From: a virus
Strand: one strand, 5' to 3'
Length of the DNA: 64,000 nucleotides
Virus record (IMG/VR): IMGVR_UViG_3300027969_000045
In this document: one piece after another, positions 59,243-64,000 of the stretch
Numbering within the stretch: the first letter of the stretch is position 1
How the letters are laid out: each line of letters starts with the position of its first letter
Program-made: the position numbers and the translations under genes
The notes under the pieces: generated by a model
What the model was told of the DNA's origin: nothing
What the model saw: the letters and a program-made list of their open reading frames with translations, nothing else
The model's database searches: none

Positions 59243-60247
59243 ATGAATTTTATTGATCAAAAATACATTGGTCTGGTTTCTTCAAGACTGGAGAAGTTTA
59301 AACAAGTTAAAACTGGACTGTATAATTTTAGATGTGTATATTGTGGGGATTCACAAAAGAATAAAAGCAAGACAAGAGGATATATTTACGGTTATAAGAA
59401 CGATCATAATTACAAGTGTCACAATTGTGGAGTATCTAAATCTTTTACTAATTTTCTAAAAGATATTGACACCACTCTTTATGATCAATATATTATGGAG
59501 AGATATAAGAATGGTTCTACTGGCAAGGGATCTAATACACCGGAACCAAAATTCACCTTTGAAAAACCAAAATTCACAAAAAAAGCATTTGATTTGCCAT
59601 CCATCGCAGAACTAAATAAAGAACATTCGGCAAGAATTTATTTAGAAAACAGAAAAATTCCTCAAGATTTTTTGAGTCAATTATTTTATTGTGAAAAGTT
59701 CAAACAATGGACGAATGAACAAAAAAAAACTTTTGAATCTACAAAATACGATGAACCTAGAATCATCATTCCACTTATCAACAATGGAGAAATATTTGGA
59801 TTTCAGGGTCGTAGTTTAAGTAAGAAACCAAAAGTAAAATACATCACAATTATTCTAGATGAAGATCAACCAAAAATTTATGGATTAAACAGAATTGATT
59901 GGAACAAAACTGTTTATGTTGTAGAAGGTCCATTTGATAGTATGTTTATTGAAAATTCAATTGCGATGGTTGGTGCGGATATTGATAAAATGTTTTTCAT
60001 AGCAAATTTTGAAACCAATTTTGTTATGGTCTATGATAATGAAAAAAGAAATAAAGAGATGGTTGCACGATTAGAAAAAAGCATTGAGATGAAATTTCCT
60101 GTGGTAATTTGGCCAAAAGATTTAAAGGAAAAAGACATTAATGATATTGTATTATCTGGACAAGACGTGGAATCTATGCTAAAATTAAATACTTACCAAG
60201 GATTAGAAGCAAAACTTAAATTTACCAACTGGAAAAAAGTAGCATGA
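59243..60247 (+). CDS. gp61: DNA primase
   Basis: Zinc ribbon CVYCGDS...CHNC, FQGR, TOPRIM EGPFDS, YDNE, KDIND. Confidence 0.95.
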   Translation: MNFIDQKYIGLVSSRLEKFKQVKTGLYNFRCVYCGDSQKNKSKTRGYIYGYKNDHNYKCHNCGVSKSFTNFLKDIDTTLYDQYIMERYKNGSTGKGSNTPEPKFTFEKPKFTKKAFDLPSIAELNKEHSARIYLENRKIPQDFLSQLFYCEKFKQWTNEQKKTFESTKYDEPRIIIPLINNGEIFGFQGRSLSKKPKVKYITIILDEDQPKIYGLNRIDWNKTVYVVEGPFDSMFIENSIAMVGADIDKMFFIANFETNFVMVYDNEKRNKEMVARLEKSIEMKFPVVIWPKDLKEKDINDIVLSGQDVESMLKLNTYQGLEAKLKFTNWKKVA

Positions 60248-61959
60248 GTAACGGCATAAACGTAGTTAAGAGAGATGGGTCTATTGAAAGTTTAGACCTC
60301 AATAAACTTCATTTGATGGTTGAAGAGTCTTGTAAAGACCTTGCTGGAGTGTCTGCATCTCAAGTTGAGATGACTTCTGGAATTCAATTTTATGATGGAA
60401 TTTCAACAAGAGAAGTTCAAGAAATTTTGATCAAATCTGCAGCAGATTTGATTGATTTAGAAAATCCAAATTATCAGTTTGTGGCAGCAAGACTTCTTTT
60501 GTTCTCTGTTCGTAAATCACTTTACGGAAAAATTAAAGATCATCCTACATTCTTTGAACATATTAATAAATGTGTAGATGCAAGTGTTTATGATAAGGAA
60601 ATCTTATCATATTATACGGAAGAAGAACTAAATCGTCTTGGTGATTATATCAAACATAAACGGGATTATCTCTTCACCTATGCCGGTCTTCGTCAAGTTG
60701 TTGATAAATATCTTGTTCAAGATAGAAGCACCGGACAAGTATATGAAACTCCACAGTTCATGTATATGATGATTGCTGCAACAAAATTCTCCCAATATCC
60801 AAAAGAAACTCGTCTTTCATATGTAAAGAGGTACTATGACGCAATATCAAAACACAAAATCAACATCCCAACACCAATTATGGGAGGAGTTAGAACTCCT
60901 TTACGACAATTTGCAAGTTGTGTTCTTGTTGATTCTGATGATACCCTCGATAGCATCGGTCACTCTGATTTGGCTATTTACAAGTACGTTGCTCAAAGGG
61001 CTGGCATCGGTATCAATGCGGGCAGAATACGTGGTATCAATTCTAAAATCAGAGGCGGAGAAGTACAACACACAGGTGTTATTCCCTTCCTTAAAAAGTT
61101 TGAAGCAACTGTCAGAAGTTGCACTCAAAACGGTATCAGAGGTGGTTCAGCAACTGTTCACTTTCCAATCTGGCACCAAGAAATAGAAGACATTATTGTT
61201 CTGAAAAATAATAAGGGAACTGAAGATAATCGTGTTCGTAAGTTAGACTATTCTATTCAAATCAGCAAAATCTTCTATGAACGATTTATCCGCAACGAAG
61301 AAATCACACTCTTCTCTCCCCACGATGTTCCTGGTCTTTATGATGCTTTTGGCACTGATGGATTTGACGACCTTTATGTGGGTTATGAACGAAATGAATC
61401 TATTCCAAGAAAAACTATCGGTGCTCAAGAACTCTTTCTGGACCTTCTAAAAGAACGTGCAGAAACAGGTCGTATTTATATTATGAATATTGACCATTGT
61501 AATTCTCATAGTTCTTTTCTTGATAAGGTTTCAATGAGTAACCTTTGTGTTGCTGGTGATACAAAGATTAAAATCAAATACCCAAAAGCAATATATGATG
61601 ATATTGGAGAGATTTATGATTGGAAAGTTTATGAAGAAGAAATTGAGATTGGAGATCTGGATGAATATATTAGTTCCAGAGAAATTAGAGTTATGTCTTA
61701 TAAAGTAAGTGATAATGATCCTTGTGAGGATGTTCCTCAAATAGAAGTTCTTTCTTATAATACAGAAACTAATCAACAAGAATGGGCACCTATTACAGCA
61801 TTTGCCGAAACATCACCAAAAGCAAAGGTAATGAGAATTACTGATGAAGAAAGTGGTAAGAGTATTGTAGTGACACCAGAGCATAAAGTATTCACAAAAA
61901 ATCGTGGATATGTAATGGCAAAAGACCTAACCGAAACTGATGAGTTGGCAATCAACTAA
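60244..61959 (+). CDS. nrdA: Class Ia ribonucleotide reductase alpha N-fragment (434 aa) fused to a 137-aa N-intein
   Basis: ATP cone VVKRDG, PTPIMGG, FASCVL, ends SMSNL|CVAGDT... Confidence 0.95.
   Translation: MSNGINVVKRDGSIESLDLNKLHLMVEESCKDLAGVSASQVEMTSGIQFYDGISTREVQEILIKSAADLIDLENPNYQFVAARLLLFSVRKSLYGKIKDHPTFFEHINKCVDASVYDKEILSYYTEEELNRLGDYIKHKRDYLFTYAGLRQVVDKYLVQDRSTGQVYETPQFMYMMIAATKFSQYPKETRLSYVKRYYDAISKHKINIPTPIMGGVRTPLRQFASCVLVDSDDTLDSIGHSDLAIYKYVAQRAGIGINAGRIRGINSKIRGGEVQHTGVIPFLKKFEATVRSCTQNGIRGGSATVHFPIWHQEIEDIIVLKNNKGTEDNRVRKLDYSIQISKIFYERFIRNEEITLFSPHDVPGLYDAFGTDGFDDLYVGYERNESIPRKTIGAQELFLDLLKERAETGRIYIMNIDHCNSHSSFLDKVSMSNLCVAGDTKIKIKYPKAIYDDIGEIYDWKVYEEEIEIGDLDEYISSREIRVMSYKVSDNDPCEDVPQIEVLSYNTETNQQEWAPITAFAETSPKAKVMRITDEESGKSIVVTPEHKVFTKNRGYVMAKDLTETDELAIN
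61546..61959 (+). mobile_element. Split intein N-fragment (137 aa)
   Basis: CVAGDTKI block A; VTPEHKVFT block B (TxxH); GYVMAKDL. Confidence 0.93.
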
Positions 61960-61963
61960 TATG

Positions 61964-62017
61964 ATAGGAAGTGTAATTTCTATATTTTATAAATAGTTAT
62001 GAGATTACACTTCCTAT
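61964..62017 (+). promoter_or_regulatory. 17-bp hairpin with the late promoter in its loop, before the GIY-YIG gene
   Basis: ataggaagtgtaatttc / gagattacacttcctat (one G-U); TATAAATA 61988-61995; ATG at 62019. Confidence 0.8.
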
Positions 62018-62018
62018 A

Positions 62019-62693
62019 ATGAAAACATATATTGTTTATAAAATTACCAATAAGAATAACGGAAAATCTTACATAGGAAAAACTGAATACTCATTAGAAC
62101 ATCGTTGGAATCGTCATTTATCATCGGCAAGAAATGGTTCTAAATTTAGATTTCATTCTGCTATTAGAAAATATGGTGAAGATTGTTGGGACTTATCTGT
62201 GATTGAAACCTATCTGACCGAAGATGAAAACTTTATTAACGAAAAAGAAACTCACTTTATTAAACTCTTTGAAAGTGATACTAAAAAAGGTTATAATGCT
62301 ACTTCAGGTGGAACTGGTGGATGGATGCTTCCCAAATGCTCTCCGGAGGTTCAGGAAGAATGGAGAAACAATATTTCTATAAGAACTACTGGTTCCAACA
62401 ATCCAAACCATTCTGGATATACTGATGAGCAACTTATAGAAATAGGTGTAAAGTTTGTTAAAAAATTTGGATTTATTGGTGGTAGAACGAGAATAGTTGA
62501 TTTTGCCAGTAATGAATTGAATATAAAGTTTCCAAAACATTTTTCTAAAAATAGATTTGGAGGAAACCATCAAAACTTTTATAAATCTATTGAAGAACAG
62601 ACTGGATTGGTGTATAATTCATATTATAGAGACGAAACTCAAAGAACACTTGCTAAACAACTTTTAGAACAAAACAGGAGAAAAAAATGCTAA
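62019..62693 (+). CDS. GIY-YIG homing endonuclease between the nrdA halves
   Basis: IVYKITN..NGKSYIGKT, R..RH, E, GYN..GG. Confidence 0.9.
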   Translation: MKTYIVYKITNKNNGKSYIGKTEYSLEHRWNRHLSSARNGSKFRFHSAIRKYGEDCWDLSVIETYLTEDENFINEKETHFIKLFESDTKKGYNATSGGTGGWMLPKCSPEVQEEWRNNISIRTTGSNNPNHSGYTDEQLIEIGVKFVKKFGFIGGRTRIVDFASNELNIKFPKHFSKNRFGGNHQNFYKSIEEQTGLVYNSYYRDETQRTLAKQLLEQNRRKKC

Positions 62694-62785
62694 AGATTGA
62701 ATATCTTGAAGAAGAAATTCCAGTTTATGATATTACTGTAGAAGGAACACACAATTTCTTTGCAAATAATATTCTGGTCCATAAT
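62687..62785 (+). mobile_element. Split intein C-fragment (33 aa)
   Basis: VYDITVEGTHNFFANNILVHN blocks F/G, +1 Cys. Confidence 0.93.
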
Positions 62786-63781
62786 TGCCAAGAGATTACA
62801 CTTCCCACCAAACCTCTTCAACATATTGATGATCCAGATGGAGAGATTGCTCTCTGTATTCTTTCTGCAATCAATGTGGGTAAAGTTAAGGATGATAGTG
62901 AATTTGAAGAACTTTGTGATTTGGCTGTTCGTGGGTTGGAAGAACTCATTGATTATCAGCAATATCCAATAGTTGCTGCTGAAAAATCAACAAAAGCACG
63001 TAGATCTCTTGGTGTTGGATTTATTGGTTTGGCACATTATCTTGCTAAACTTGGTTTTGATTATGATTCTCAAGAAGCATGGGATGCAGTTCATAGTCTT
63101 TCTGAATCATTCCAATATTTCTTACTCAAATCTTCTAATCAGATTGCCAAAGAAAAAGGTGCTTGTGAATATTTCAATCGCACAAAGTATTCCCAAGGAA
63201 TTCTTCCAATTGATACATACAAAAAGGATGTTGATGAACTGTCAAATCCAACTCTTCAACACGATTGGGAAACACTTAGAGAAGATATAAAACTGTATGG
63301 TCTTAGACACTCCACACTATCCGCACAGATGCCCTCTGAGAGCAGTTCAGTCGTCTCTAATGCAACTAATGGAATTGAACCCCCTAGAGGTTATTTGTCC
63401 GTCAAACAGTCTAAAAAAGGTCCTCTCAAGCAAATTGTTCCACAGTTTCAAAGTCTTAAAAACAATTATACGCTTCTTTGGGATATGCCTAGCAATCGTG
63501 GTTATATTAATATTGTTGCAGTTATGCAAAAATTCTTTGATCAAGCGATTTCTGGAAACTGGTCATATAATCCGGAGAATTATCCCGATAATGAAGTTCC
63601 TGTTAGCGTAATGGCACAAGATATGCTCACTTGCTTTAAGTATGGGCACAAAACAGCATATTATCAGAATACTTATGATGGTAAGTCCGATGAAATCAAA
63701 GAAGAAAAATCCAACCTTGACAGTTTAGTGCAGGACATACTAAACTCTAATGAAGATGACTGTGAGAGTTGTAAAATTTGA
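62687..63781 (+). CDS. nrdA: 33-aa C-intein fused to the ribonucleotide reductase alpha C-fragment (331 aa)
   Basis: ...NNILVHN|CQEITLP; ALCILSA, MPSESSS, KTAYY, C-terminal CESC; AGGAG RBS at 62676-62680. Confidence 0.95.
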   Translation: MLKIEYLEEEIPVYDITVEGTHNFFANNILVHNCQEITLPTKPLQHIDDPDGEIALCILSAINVGKVKDDSEFEELCDLAVRGLEELIDYQQYPIVAAEKSTKARRSLGVGFIGLAHYLAKLGFDYDSQEAWDAVHSLSESFQYFLLKSSNQIAKEKGACEYFNRTKYSQGILPIDTYKKDVDELSNPTLQHDWETLREDIKLYGLRHSTLSAQMPSESSSVVSNATNGIEPPRGYLSVKQSKKGPLKQIVPQFQSLKNNYTLLWDMPSNRGYINIVAVMQKFFDQAISGNWSYNPENYPDNEVPVSVMAQDMLTCFKYGHKTAYYQNTYDGKSDEIKEEKSNLDSLVQDILNSNEDDCESCKI

Positions 63782-63783
63782 TT

Positions 63784-64000
63784 ATGGAAGAAACTAAAAC
63801 AATACAAGGTATGACTGTTCTTAATACCCAACAAGTAGATTTCAAAAAACAACCAATGTTTTTTGGAGCACCTCAAGGAATTCAAAGATACGATTCTTAT
63901 AAGTATCCTGTCTTTGATAAACTCACACAGCAGCAACTTGGTTTCTTCTGGAGACCAGAAGAAATCTCTCTTCAAAAAGATCGTTCTGACTATCTGACAC
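63784..64000 (+). CDS. nrdB: Ribonucleotide reductase beta subunit, 3'-truncated by the window edge
   Basis: KQPMFFGAP, RYD.YKYPVFDKLT..QLGFFWRPEEISLQKDR. Confidence 0.92.
   Translation, partial: MEETKTIQGMTVLNTQQVDFKKQPMFFGAPQGIQRYDSYKYPVFDKLTQQQLGFFWRPEEISLQKDRSDYLT

Noticed and set aside
62019-62048. Capsid-targeting sequence in the MKTY start of the nrdA GIY-YIG
   Set aside because: Lacks the following xEF/xxE pattern; these residues belong to the GIY motif strand
61960-62686. Group I intron or frameshift in nrdA
   Set aside because: Intein motifs on both sides and a separate RBS/ATG for the second half explain the break
1-64000. tRNA, rRNA, CRISPR array, integrase/transposase or photosynthesis genes
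   Set aside because: None recognised by eye; intergenic gaps are short and mostly explained by promoters and terminators (tRNAscan/Infernal not run)

Overview
AT-rich 64 kb segment of a T4-like myophage genome. Gene content and order resemble cyanophages (Kyanoviridae-like); the host cannot be determined from the sequence. Nearly all genes are on the + strand. In order: a baseplate/neck/packaging/tail/head module (gp7 partial, gp8, VrlC-like protein, gp13-gp23, gp3), a recombination/replication module (uvsY, uvsW, gp55, gp47, gp46, gp45, gp44, gp62, regA, hsp20, gp43, uvsX, gp41, mazG), a late accessory block, then gp61, nrdA and the start of nrdB. Main points: (1) Two essential genes are fractured and must be rejoined by protein trans-splicing. 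The gp41 helicase is split inside Walker A by an atypical split intein (16-aa IntN, 126-aa IntC, Thr+1) with an antisense HNH gene between the halves. nrdA is split at the catalytic Cys by a conventional split intein (137/33 aa) with a GIY-YIG gene between the halves. (2) There are six free-standing homing endonuclease genes; four have a late promoter inside an RNA stem, and two GIY-YIG paralogs share a pseudoknot-like leader. (3) The same hairpin-plus-late-promoter switch precedes an unannotated 500-aa PD-(D/E)xK-like protein. (4) Four late proteins begin with a T4-type capsid-targeting sequence, and two of them look like protease-processed modular polyproteins. All assignments come from motif recognition and synteny; no database searches or folding calculations were run.
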